Below, piece by piece: positions 20,401-24,397 of a stretch of 64,000 nucleotides of DNA. The notes below the pieces were generated by a model. It was not told the origin of the DNA and ran no database searches. It saw only the letters and a list, made by a program, of their open reading frames with translations. The position numbers were made by a program, and so were the translations under genes. Numbering within the stretch: the first letter of the stretch is position 1; each line of letters opens with the position of its first letter. The stretch spans positions 2,013-66,012 of the forward strand of contig CAMSQA010000005.1 of the NCBI GenBank assembly GCA_947062475.1, read 5' to 3'. Origin of the DNA: an uncultured Clostridia bacterium (lineage in GTDB: Bacteria; Bacillota; Clostridia; Christensenellales; UBA1242).

Positions 20401-21303
20401 TTCTTAGGAGAAGTTTATGGAACATCAATTTTACTTGCTTCCCTCAAAAACGATACAATATCACAAACTTTTGAAAATGTTTCGGTATATGGTTCGGTGG
20501 TAAATAGTTATAGTTTTAATAATACTTTACAATATATTATTATCAGTAATGAAGTGACTTTAACAAACTTTAACATTTATGCATCTGTAAATTCAATATC
20601 AAATAGAATGAGCTATAAATCATCTCTTGAACAAACAATTTCATTGTTAGCAGGCAATTATGATCAAGCTTGCTTTAAAGGTGTGATTGTTTTAGCAAAT
20701 GGTATAGATGCTACTACTAACAACAACAAAGATATAAAAAGCGGTCAAGGCGGTCATGGAATAAGCATAAAAGTATCTTCTAAAAAAGATGCTGCTGGCA
20801 GAGAAGATTTCAATCAAGGAATTTTAATTGCAAGTAAAGGTGGAAATGCTTTGGCACAATCTTATACTGGAATATTCAAAGGTTATAAAAAAGATGAACC
20901 TAAACTAGTAAGTAAAGGGGAAAATGGTGAAGTAATAGGTATGAAGGGAATTATTATAGGCAATTCATATGATGCTGGAAAAGATTTCAATCAAATTCCT
21001 TCACTTCTTTCGATCGTTTCAGAAAAAAGCGAGGGCTATGGAGGAAATGCTATTTATGTTAAAGATAATCTAAACTCAAAAAACGGCAAAAAAATGCTTA
21101 CAATTGGTGGTGAAGATTTTTATTATATCTATGGATATGGTGATAAATCTATATTTAATTATAGATATAATGGGGCAGGTGTAGCTTATTCTCATTATGG
21201 ATTTAGGATTGATCAACCTGACGGTAAAGGTGCAAATATAAGAGCTGTTTTAGGAGTTTATTATAAAAATTTAGGATCTCCTATTCGTCCTACCTTTATT
21301 TAA
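2473..21303 (+). CDS. Giant surface lipoprotein (6,276 aa) with an Ig-like N-terminal region and multiple GLUG-repeat modules
   Basis: One uninterrupted 18.8-kb ORF. I prefer the ATG at 2473 over the track start at 2449 because AGGAGGAG lies at 2463..2470. The N-terminus MKKFIVSILGIFLLFGAGLLSAC is a signal peptide with an LSAC lipobox. About twenty G-G-[ILV]-[AVIF]-G turns (GGIAG, GGLVG, GGIVG ...) lie between about 6030 and 17150. Module heads are FDGNGHTIYI (about 9325), FAGTLYGNGFTISGL (about 10912) and FTGVFDGQGKTIKGL (about 16462). I saw no HExxH and no LPXTG. Confidence 0.9.
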   Translation: MKKFIVSILGIFLLFGAGLLSACGKTNPSMTLSQNEVAIQLYSDDEDSGYKIISAQLSGVKDGSISASAASGYENIIDVSTTRLSATKFSIRVEGLEEGNAEIIVRGAPGNIVKSIYVNVFSEVSAMTQKEEQQVRKENFLIRGIENEIVETKLISFQPSDKSRRSITWSLSNDMLDVKGLELNNENNTLKIENDFAGDEVKLVATTEKGITTTIVLPVIDKIEDKISLAFSYSQNQNFAEINETNNQFNIVPNIPGEGYQGYIAVDYNGQLDISPYVTTLDGKPSDDIQVLRHGTIDNKPLFIVYASKDKSNINKDYLIGFQIGYTNYNYFVDSMESNPITIKAREKVNGIILSTNEVTDAGNTIQTLYTTYVDGEGTSINGQRFNVLVTPTTVIDASNKYSINISRTSAEGGNVADGCPVEVWYRDEKNGNVWTQAILEENPENGDFFTSDMNMLSAKTIFLKASSSLKEQIVTGYSITFTSQDNKDVSTSFSLRLVKSASLNDFGFNNANFRVDSSINQAIYSRQFTLKGQTSIDGLSISNSGKYVDFKKITEISHDEESVTFEVSFALLPSSYGVTAVDTYKIVHSNGLASNNYDIDIFLPLKDASMFVDIVDDETGEYSSNSVIDSDLSNKVFDVNGNLLDGRFNSSLSKLIVKNNKTTPISYNFNSVNGISAVANISVGFFDFNSNQMALDEFKKLIESEEGVVRVVRSALDNLNSSNIAFFSADNKSIITKGVGSTYAVVAFTGKGVENADENGNVTFIRVIYIESLVVPEGLNVYPEADKNITLFANDTVADEDKDLTLKTINITFKTSGITHENKSNIEFVSNKMGRQIGTSEDGSITWQNGRYSVEQISVNSEGISFNIASISTFDSHIFTDTLFVHYVIYDDNGEKLYDISSYINITIKNAQRIESLKLKNYDPDGLYFEINDSSSQYLLLESNPTNSKNKKITTILTDDKNVLNTFVNINDSISADTIAVNLESKIKDGMNGFIYLLPSDAIYGEQVKYYYRDENESEQTGYVAKNNIPAMYDFLIEKAYFKSNVSLDETKEVRFADILIKLKVTVADGKSFDFAYRIYDNHSFKAMRDDRYYTVMNNLDLSGEERKSIANFKGGLQGINSNVTIKLEGNNFATVVDTNAIIQNITFIGNVSGEGFVCNENRGNIIGVTVDVNGRSASSLISSGNAGGIAGTNNGKIALSNVFGLSIIGENYVGGIAGINNELIERTKVEFYNLETKVDGNNVVYGANTFVGQYVGGIAGQLAGKSIIKDSYAYDYTIDKKVDGTKINVLQSNIEKAGAFAGNVAISNYQISNSFSVVNEPNICPGFILDIGNSLNNVYISYYDGENYTSTTFGLKDGFVKEGEEGFKNYVNKGKPHLKDLMQEEIVGSVAHDISTHKENGFYKSLSVDQNNGILFNYAVEDEITELSTSEEKDLIALNTISLNQLVGKDADSFNKNIIVSSSDTSIVKVIGKDLRILKTGEVVITLSSKHDVSLTKQINAKVTYALSDLVITWVDSANRTEIVSDNSISSLQKTRSRAYITTFDKSQIYIGSLAKAYQLKEEDKLVYDIITSSNNTLGEGEELVMVEDNLKSGFKISASNNSVLTNFKIAPKVFDEELYHNAIKRSFTRNFSVLPIDGVISFEISNDKLPITPSTNASQRVKIKTTDESDSVYPVISYDGQRLISKNLEDETNILLYTIYGEDKAILKATINKLGIDENAIEDNSNLKTYIYDIIFEVNDEYRALVSHEMDFEVFFMSRSGNSSEEWNGVFTLSLTSQKFNNIDISNKKIKASSYKYIEESIVEVHEVENETSVLAPGNSSILQINVNPEYAYYDYVELSYTDATVSEAVNIEVMQKFQDSNILFKRRSFSGNEIEKLGPILRYYPSAEEKGTLYYKLWINTTVNSDVTLKFTARFFDKDGKQIHFVNYFLSISYLAEPTITIDGSNTAFLAKGATSQVKIEVFADQSIDNLTLDGKNVSGVSLSALSKGELDEVRGIKTYTASLYAEPNAKADSDVIYISAQVSRELNGSKEIKSVVSTGILVDFKVDGNNIKINGSSDNNITIWQGVPKTIDINYNIIPEEYGNAASPEIEEAISDLRKKRNEFIASQYYPVKKNESGEGFSAIDDQSLLSQHKYFINYKYDEKGLLHAQNLEDRLFVVIGSQRFSINDSSIEIPFKINYDELTNSISFTGTKIDTSVVLALKTYISAGGATQEFETIFTVNIDAYSDPDLPLLIKNATDFEKLDPAKAGESATAHDYILTNDIILEDYSPFDTSLIESFDGNGHTIYIKSFDLNYKDSSSLNIALFKNVTENTILKNVRVNLYNGGQLKIDTSKFTDINIAGLAITNDGIITNCEVVAFYTDREAIGKVDNLYYSATDKHNYKEGINVKFTYGANDQDIYMHDNDRWSSQIAGLVISNNGSITNSRVGGDSIVIIGDERLVSGNPTGETYATNQKLGLFNIVGQGNIAGFALNNTNGNIASSYVKNVDLENQSDSTMFYTSGFVGLNTSTINVSYVEGKPSDPQINEYTPFAYEGSSIKSKKGYVVGFVYRNEGRINDSYSNILIANTNSETSVYLASGFVYENVGTIENAYSASQIENSMNTQMNFSGVNAKGELLAEGEYINCYFFNKEYEDTEESSDNTTETQNNTGAVLIPTPDKESLFYGFAIANGENDGIWKIVKDEGIFLISTNLVSVSHRYILYIDKDEFEGVTGEDEQGAYILPYSTLNFTDTGLKVDTSLGGANNPIIITDADDFVSVSGTSTSSYISEYFNSSAMWGTYRIVDDINLSDIANGDNVTVLPSSSKAFAGTLYGNGFTISGLSLATEESGVALGLFRSIEKRGKEGQPVVKNLNISLIQVDGSVVTMAGALAGYIKDSVVVSIDINFENNAFLTGYNFAGGLAGFVIGDNTIKGIKVFNPNVTARTYLSDNTKDDNFFISDEVNKASGSLQALRVDVGNNLNYNTSYSSSLISNLKNYSYAGGVIGFVDNYRVNLPSFDINQAENFNIKNVRVNGTVYIEGQVVGGVFGLAGYQTIIRDVGITIDGKSNSHIIATKYFAGGVIGQAFGSLNRIFAVHDQETQDNIENNIAKFYQGDNSAPRGILDLFNLEGKNYTQRYIGGLVGVAYSGSMVISYSKLNATSPTADYAGGIVGGLKLQDTSPYQINVYENTDYYTKYYMNEVYAIGDVRARNVTADHENDLTYAGGIVGQIYGEASRVVMMSVNAFNFITTYNYQTKTYNSEPIKSTNISQIYRINSLVGHFVKLNKDNEKVVDNVVERDADGEIKIGNYNSYIILVKFYDTSGEQIEEKYIPSIGVYDSYYRNVNGKPVSLNLFGKSELFDAREVFEKEGLGEEFYFIESPRSYETSAIGHQYTSTGFLNSDVWNIANWEHDTNKLFPTIKYKRSSDILYLDQYNVEEIFRKMQGSNATVYLRGRESKGSEVYGDIDLRKELYNLGKDIKINSFAGKLVGGKYFNPDKSPVKIISDRNFISSVATGFKVEDVEIIYDAGQSKTEIEVSTESNAGMGLFISGQMEGAEIDKLTLTINSPVVFKVSPAKNKVDNIGLVAANILDSEISKLKIQSGITNPTSALMQINSTDNEKNNDTLYAGLIAGKVELSDTALSSRNIKIEDIEFSCDIMSVNMTYENYCVGTYFGIAQRRIPSLNLNIYLGSIKKANIISGAEKLSNPQIYIKGNQEAKIISVGGYIGRIATESSNDNPSILPISSILVNGEEPISTAINIKIGDSTNPSIETLNIGGIFGENYGSNDLSFNASNCTMDVSLFANAKFKTISAGGLVGFQKGKLSVTGYSQIDFGAICQNDNEANTKFKTNKDSFDSGKYLKNNEKEIKSIVATNAYIGGVVGYSNAQLNIESNNLIINPIDNDSKVNRISVNASEKSYLGSVVGYSENSNLTIKARIKTNTEFVADNSSSEVQSNSKNSESSYIIGGIVGFIANGKDNNQSNQITQQIGAEGNNLIRFDGAVYSKVNNLLFGGIVGKVSFANENDKLEIQNSSFGGVAKIFDINKNMKVTTGGSIGSIDSIGSIGSVGGRLVNLTLTNSYNYGDIFVEYKDENKLNAYTFGGLLGEIATNVGYNINSNYSIATSHNAKNSTTTYNVNALFGQGIVKEETKGIVKEETSNYYNHAVALANDQFGIDMAYKSQSGFAGYENSTKEDNILNVIAKKINDQSISKLYPGTVNEDGSLKIYSYNINGTSYDSKPLNGMRYFALGSNYSVQIKDGEKTDLKNVAIIGDAQNIKYSNSNSQYSAMFKSISGYSYISGIALEVDVAYEDNNNLLNVAPLVEEMYENSIVYAVNVRGTFDVGGNIARNVSGIVGTLYSGKIFDSSTDLDITYRAGIKKNENNNVTYGNVYGFANAKDGSSQAIGKLIENTFTSGSIKTLISANVYAFTNAIDKTEINNSYTITKLDLHDYTRSDDINQGIKGIFGANGTTKNCYADYDALNFTNSIIGNDKATAINHSTFKDKFTDIWTSDYNFNYGYPTLKYQYLKNSSYAILSASQSKLQRLQEEKRAYNKKDENKYSGNDSILYDNYVIENEYTRLANGVTPEDDKQAQEKISINNKEVVKSYYFMIPNLGVLANINNIICETDTNGNSIGNGLTKNFILRYDIDVNNIVKEHTEYPITTNEYPITTNNLLSAFTGVFDGQGKTIKGLTMPLFESIVGDRDVNSITKGIVRNLRLTEANLGNSLLANSITNALISSMTISGDLKLENRGQFIGGLANTVEGSEINTLTNMLNIDISAGKDTVAGGLVGQLTNSNILFSSNYGPINARVTDGKTLTLGGLVGEVSGKSQINYSYNATSVLGNYATNSQVQTTKGTFITGGLVGKLNEGEGDNVGIISNSYNSGMVKSGNKSNDNKSYAGGIVGYIKGGSVTNCYNEGTVEALATNPKTEWRGIPSSYNFGTTSGGKITIGGQEVLKLVQTSARNVYAYGIGYNGATEVAIQNSTLRLVNNKDETTIISNGSALDSGTEIYKISWNDIFTSEQLKNHYYDWEKGLYTNHTYTGYAGSIVMIEKFDFYKTLTGISINATSLDWLGVPRSYVITFESDYRSDVFRSYPDLWRNKGTLASLATRVQAYIDKNMIEYGNGVSHTYVNSVNTKGEVSWKKPENYRTNATDSYNGDKDYGLNTWASIPSQRLTYAGLTSKDVGNDKLDTFFGGHIQTSYDKQIYESDADKISNKYDKEACSVLYKNEEAIKKACRSQEVDATNLDDMVKINGVIYRYASSNNMKSIFEQGIVKESTTIETELPYNSNLGCYQIETTNPNIGAIITDVENNNGNAILTIEYYTTSENVKNGDISTYFNITFNYYQEITLDLSNIKYFYKDDYSVGIEIARLNYDIMQGYSLTYGENNVVGNVIRISKTKYDTFDEPLKNDHENFLYLFCDTDENGRIIKDRYVFAPNAKLKTPLSPDNLALEVNKSETNLTGGENFADDVKNVIGEISQNTYYSRFIKSNEYYQCFEKGFNSDGDYENFDISINADSSGQIYEEKENIIVSGTGANISLIINGRSGKYVKITYKNTDGQSVEKSFLVTGTTMTNIDNLTLNNPSLHFEFFATYKSQSISINESFDYNLVLQDEDGVIYYINAVVNPTGEFNEDKTISSTTDINFVYRKFGNGENAKWISVECSEEDFEEGAEENRKEGIYKNYDYFVDDNFSVLRKREKYYYQDGALEYDSSQYIVYYDEKGLMIESNEEDGEGKILDYTGKEIGDEVLNEVYFPVYGILGQIIKGSALIEIVKDVKNLPNLEKFKDMFTIYNYDVNGQEYQHYLFINKPYSVLNNDTFILDEGTDDESILWDYKTMVNVDTIEFSEFKMPEYQTTSFELVYPNMTFPVDSEIQGEDFLNDLCKFTISDNKNYEIYLKNNLDGREGFVAQYNTTYTSDAFTIEQTESETMSHVILNRDISMLSSGLIKHGDLNIIGNGYYLSYFDSGLFKIQNGEKGAYVNNINFLGEVYGTSILLASLKNDTISQTFENVSVYGSVVNSYSFNNTLQYIIISNEVTLTNFNIYASVNSISNRMSYKSSLEQTISLLAGNYDQACFKGVIVLANGIDATTNNNKDIKSGQGGHGISIKVSSKKDAAGREDFNQGILIASKGGNALAQSYTGIFKGYKKDEPKLVSKGENGEVIGMKGIIIGNSYDAGKDFNQIPSLLSIVSEKSEGYGGNAIYVKDNLNSKNGKKMLTIGGEDFYYIYGYGDKSIFNYRYNGAGVAYSHYGFRIDQPDGKGANIRAVLGVYYKNLGSPIRPTFI
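14590..14634 (+). repeat. In-frame 9-bp tandem array (5 units) inside giant gene 1
   Basis: The units read GGTTCAATC GGTTCAATC GATTCAATC GGTTCAATC GGTTCAGTA and encode GSIGSIDSIGSIGSV. Confidence 0.9.
14860..14907 (+). repeat. In-frame 24-bp tandem duplication inside giant gene 1
   Basis: GGAATAGTTAAAGAAGAAACAAAA is followed by GGAATAGTTAAAGAAGAAACAAGT (22/24 identical). Together they encode GIVKEETK GIVKEETS. Confidence 0.9.
16408..16449 (+). repeat. Perfect in-frame 21-bp tandem duplication inside giant gene 1
   Basis: GAATATCCTATAACAACAAAT occurs twice in tandem and encodes EYPITTN EYPITTN. Confidence 0.95.
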
Positions 21304-21304
21304 A

Positions 21305-21676
21305 TCATAGTTTCAAAAGATAGGCAATAAGCAGAGATAGAAGGGATGCGGCAAAGGCAGTGAGAAAACTGGTGAGTGCATACTTCCAAAGGAGAGAGGG
21401 ATTTCTTCCCTCTCTTTTTTGCGTCTGTTCGGTCTCTAGTATTTCATTCCCATAAGGCAGGACGCATAGGCAATAAACTCCATCATCGTCATATTTGATG
21501 GAGATATATTCCTGTCTTTCTAGATAAATCAAGATATTGTCAAGTCCATCTATATCAACACGATATTTGCTTGGCATGGCGGAGATTATGTCTTTTGATT
21601 CCACTATTTTAAACGAACCATTTGGACATTCTTTTGACAATATTTTAAGCACCAATTTACTTTTTATATCAAGCAT
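21305..21676 (-). CDS. Tail-anchored small protein (123 aa) with a possible winged-helix N-domain and a C-terminal TM helix
   Basis: The ORF has the hydrophobic C-terminus LLWKYALTSFLTAFAASLLSLLIAYLL. It is a paralog of 21759..22118, sharing KLVL+xLxKxC ... +D.I...L..Q.YI ... Y.CV. Its stop codon lies 1 nt from the stop of giant gene 1. Confidence 0.65.
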   Translation of the reverse strand: MLDIKSKLVLKILSKECPNGSFKIVESKDIISAMPSKYRVDIDGLDNILIYLERQEYISIKYDDDGVYCLCVLPYGNEILETEQTQKREGRNPSLLWKYALTSFLTAFAASLLSLLIAYLLKL

Positions 21677-21758
21677 AATTATTTTATTGACAAAGGAGGT
21701 AGGGTTTAGACAATTTAGGTATGAAAAGCTTTAAAAAAGTCAATATTATATTAAAATT

Positions 21759-22118
21759 ATGCAAGAACGAAAGGAAAAATTGGTTTTAAGATATCTTTGC
21801 AAGGTATGTTCGGGGAAGAAAACATATCTTATTTCGCCACACGATATTGCAAAAGAGGTTTGCAATAAGATGATTTTATCAGTCAGTGAGATTGATGAGA
21901 TTATGACTGGTTTATCACTTCAAAATTATATTGACTTTGTGGTTTCTGACAGCAAGAATGGCTATTATTATTGTGTTAAACTCAAAAAAAAAGGTCAGAC
22001 CTATCTTGTCGATTCTCGTAAGCAAAAGAAGGCACTTATGATGTTGGTGCTTCGAAGTATGTTTTTAGCCACTGTGAGTTTTGTGTTTGGATTGATTCTT
22101 AAAGCTATTTTTAAGTAA
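21759..22118 (+). CDS. Tail-anchored small protein (119 aa), paralog of 21305..21676
   Basis: It has the same architecture, with C-terminal TM ALMMLVLRSMFLATVSFVFGLILKAIF after a basic linker. No SD is present. TATATT (21747..21752) sits 6 nt before the ATG. Confidence 0.65.
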   Translation: MQERKEKLVLRYLCKVCSGKKTYLISPHDIAKEVCNKMILSVSEIDEIMTGLSLQNYIDFVVSDSKNGYYYCVKLKKKGQTYLVDSRKQKKALMMLVLRSMFLATVSFVFGLILKAIFK

Positions 22119-22124
22119 AAAAGG

Positions 22125-22153
22125 TTGCTAAAATTTTGTTGATATAGTAAAAT
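22125..22153 (+). promoter_or_regulatory. Candidate sigma-70 promoter of uvrB
   Basis: TTGCTA (22125..22130), a 17-nt spacer, then TAAAAT (22148..22153). Confidence 0.5.
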
Positions 22154-22172
22154 AGTCAAAAAGAAGCAGTCG

Positions 22173-22186
22173 ATGCAATATTGCAT
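22173..22186. promoter_or_regulatory. Perfect 14-bp palindrome in the uvrB leader
   Basis: ATGCAATATTGCAT lies between the candidate -10 and the uvrB start. It is not a Cheo-type (CGAAC-N4-GTTCG) LexA box. Confidence 0.35.
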
Positions 22187-22214
22187 TTTATGATATTTTC
22201 AACAAAGGATTTTT

Positions 22215-24167
22215 ATGGAGTTTGATTTAGTTTCTAATTATTCACCAAGTGGCGACCAGCCACAGGCGATTGATAAATTGGTTGAAGGTTTTGAAGATGG
22301 TCTCAAAGAGCAGGTGCTTTTGGGTGTGACTGGCAGTGGAAAGACTTTTACTATGGCAAACATCATAGCAAAGATGAAAAAACCTACACTTGTTATTGCA
22401 CACAATAAGACACTTGCGGCACAGCTTTGTAATGAGTTTCGTGAGTTTTTTCCGCATAATAGAGTTGAGTATTTTGTTTCCTATTATGATTATTATCAGC
22501 CAGAGGCATACATTGTTTCATCAGATACCTATATTGAAAAGGATATGGCAATAAATGATGAGATTGACAAGTTGAGAGCAAGTGCCACTTCTTCCATTCT
22601 TGAAAGAGATGATGTTATCATTGTTGCATCGGTTTCTTGTATATATGGTTTGGGCAATCCTGAAGAGTATTATAATCTTCACATTTCTCTTCGGGAAGGT
22701 GATTTAATTGACCGTGATGAGGTTATCTCAAGGCTTATTGATATCCAATATATGAGAAATGATATTGATTTCAAAAGGTCGACCTTTAGGGTAAAGGGTG
22801 ACACTTTGGATATTTTTCCTGCCAATCAGTCAGAACTTGCAATAAAAATTCAGTTTTTTGGTGATGAAATAGAAAAAATCTATAATTTTGACCCTATTTC
22901 TGGCAATCTGATAAATCAGCTTAAATATGTTGCAATTTATCCAGCGACGCACTATGCTGTAGGCAGAGAACGTATGGAAAATGCCTTAGCTCAAATTGAA
23001 AATGATCGTGAAAAGGCAATAAAGGATTTTCAAAACGAGGGCAAACTTATTGAGGCTGAAAGGATCGGTCAAAGGGTTTCTTATGACATGGAAATGATGA
23101 GAGAAGTTGGATATTGCAGTGGCATTGAAAACTATTCGCGATATTTTGACGGAAGAGCACCAGGTGAAGCTCCTTACACTTTGATCGACTATTTCCAAAA
23201 AGGTTTCTTGACTATCATAGATGAAAGTCATATGACATTGCCTCAGATCAGAGCAATGTATAATGGAGATAAGGCAAGAAAACAATCACTTGTAGAGTAT
23301 GGTTTCCGATTGGAAGCAGCACGTGATAATCGTCCCTTGACTTTTGATGAGTTTGAAAATAAACTGGGTCAGGTGTTGTATGTATCAGCAACTCCAGCAA
23401 AATATGAACTTGAACATGCAGGACAGGTGACTGAGCAGGTGATTAGACCAACAGGACTTCTTGATCCTCTGATTGAAGTAAGACCTATAAAAAATCAAAT
23501 CGAACAACTTATGCTTGAAATTGAAAAGACTATTAAAAATAAGGCCAGAGTGCTTGTCACAACGTTGACAAAAAAAATGGCTGAAAGTTTGACAACTTAT
23601 CTTCAAGAACACAACTTTAAAACCAAATATATGCACTCAGAAATTGATACAATGGAAAGAGTGGAAATTGTCAATGGATTGAGGGCGGGTGAGTTTGACG
23701 TGCTTGTGGGAATAAATCTTTTGAGAGAGGGACTTGATATGCCTGAGGTTGAACTTGTTTGTATATTGGATGCAGATAAAGAAGGATTTTTGCGTAGTGA
23801 AGGGGCTCTCATTCAAACTATTGGTAGAGCTGCGAGAAATGCAAATGGTCATGTGATCATGTTTGCAGACGTAATTACAGATTCAATGAAACGGGCAATA
23901 GATAAAACTGCAGAGAGAAGAAAAATCCAAGAGCAGTTTAATATAAAAAACGGAATTGTGCCTAAGACGATTATCAAAAAGATCAATAATACTCTTGAGA
24001 TAACCAAAAAGGTGAGTGACAACAAACTCAGCAAACAAGAGATTCCTGCAGAGATTGAAAAATTGACTGCCATGATGAAAGTTGCATCTTCTGCTCTTGA
24101 TTTTGAACGAGCAATCGAACTAAGAAATCAAATACAAAAATTAAGAAAAAGATTAAACGGAAGATAA
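22215..24167 (+). CDS. uvrB: Excinuclease ABC subunit B
   Basis: 650 aa. The N-terminus [40 protein letters not shown] is typical of UvrB. Helicase motifs and a C-terminal UVR domain ([17 protein letters not shown]) are present. Confidence 0.95.
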   Translation: MEFDLVSNYSPSGDQPQAIDKLVEGFEDGLKEQVLLGVTGSGKTFTMANIIAKMKKPTLVIAHNKTLAAQLCNEFREFFPHNRVEYFVSYYDYYQPEAYIVSSDTYIEKDMAINDEIDKLRASATSSILERDDVIIVASVSCIYGLGNPEEYYNLHISLREGDLIDRDEVISRLIDIQYMRNDIDFKRSTFRVKGDTLDIFPANQSELAIKIQFFGDEIEKIYNFDPISGNLINQLKYVAIYPATHYAVGRERMENALAQIENDREKAIKDFQNEGKLIEAERIGQRVSYDMEMMREVGYCSGIENYSRYFDGRAPGEAPYTLIDYFQKGFLTIIDESHMTLPQIRAMYNGDKARKQSLVEYGFRLEAARDNRPLTFDEFENKLGQVLYVSATPAKYELEHAGQVTEQVIRPTGLLDPLIEVRPIKNQIEQLMLEIEKTIKNKARVLVTTLTKKMAESLTTYLQEHNFKTKYMHSEIDTMERVEIVNGLRAGEFDVLVGINLLREGLDMPEVELVCILDADKEGFLRSEGALIQTIGRAARNANGHVIMFADVITDSMKRAIDKTAERRKIQEQFNIKNGIVPKTIIKKINNTLEITKKVSDNKLSKQEIPAEIEKLTAMMKVASSALDFERAIELRNQIQKLRKRLNGR

Positions 24168-24397
24168 TTATTCGATAAAAAATAAAAAATTATTAAAAAA
24201 ATAATTATAATAAATTTAATTAAAAAATATATAAAAAATTAAAATAATAGTGAAAAAATAATTAAATAACAAAAAAAATAAAAAAAATTAAAAAAAATAT
24301 TAAAATAAATCAGTTTTAATTATTAATTATTTAAAAAAATGATAAAAATGATTAAATAAAATGAAAAATTTTTATTAAATAAAAATTAATAAAGTAG
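24168..24397. other. Extreme A/T spacer between uvrB and uvrA
   Basis: By my count there are 12 G/C in 230 nt. The plus strand is strongly A-rich with many A5-A8 tracts. There is no ORF, no hairpin and no DnaA-box-like 9-mer. Confidence 0.85.

Noticed and set aside
2473-21303. Giant protein 1 considered as an IgA1-protease/ZmpB-type zinc metalloprotease because of its GLUG motifs.
   Set aside because: I scanned the translation for HExxH and found none. The near-misses are HEVEN, HENDL, HENFL and HEMDF. There is also no LPXTG or G5-like N-terminal signature.
24168-24397. The AT-only spacer considered as a replication origin or DNA unwinding element.
   Set aside because: There are no DnaA-box-like 9-mers (TTATCCACA variants), and no dnaA or dnaN nearby. 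It is kept only as a compositional oddity.
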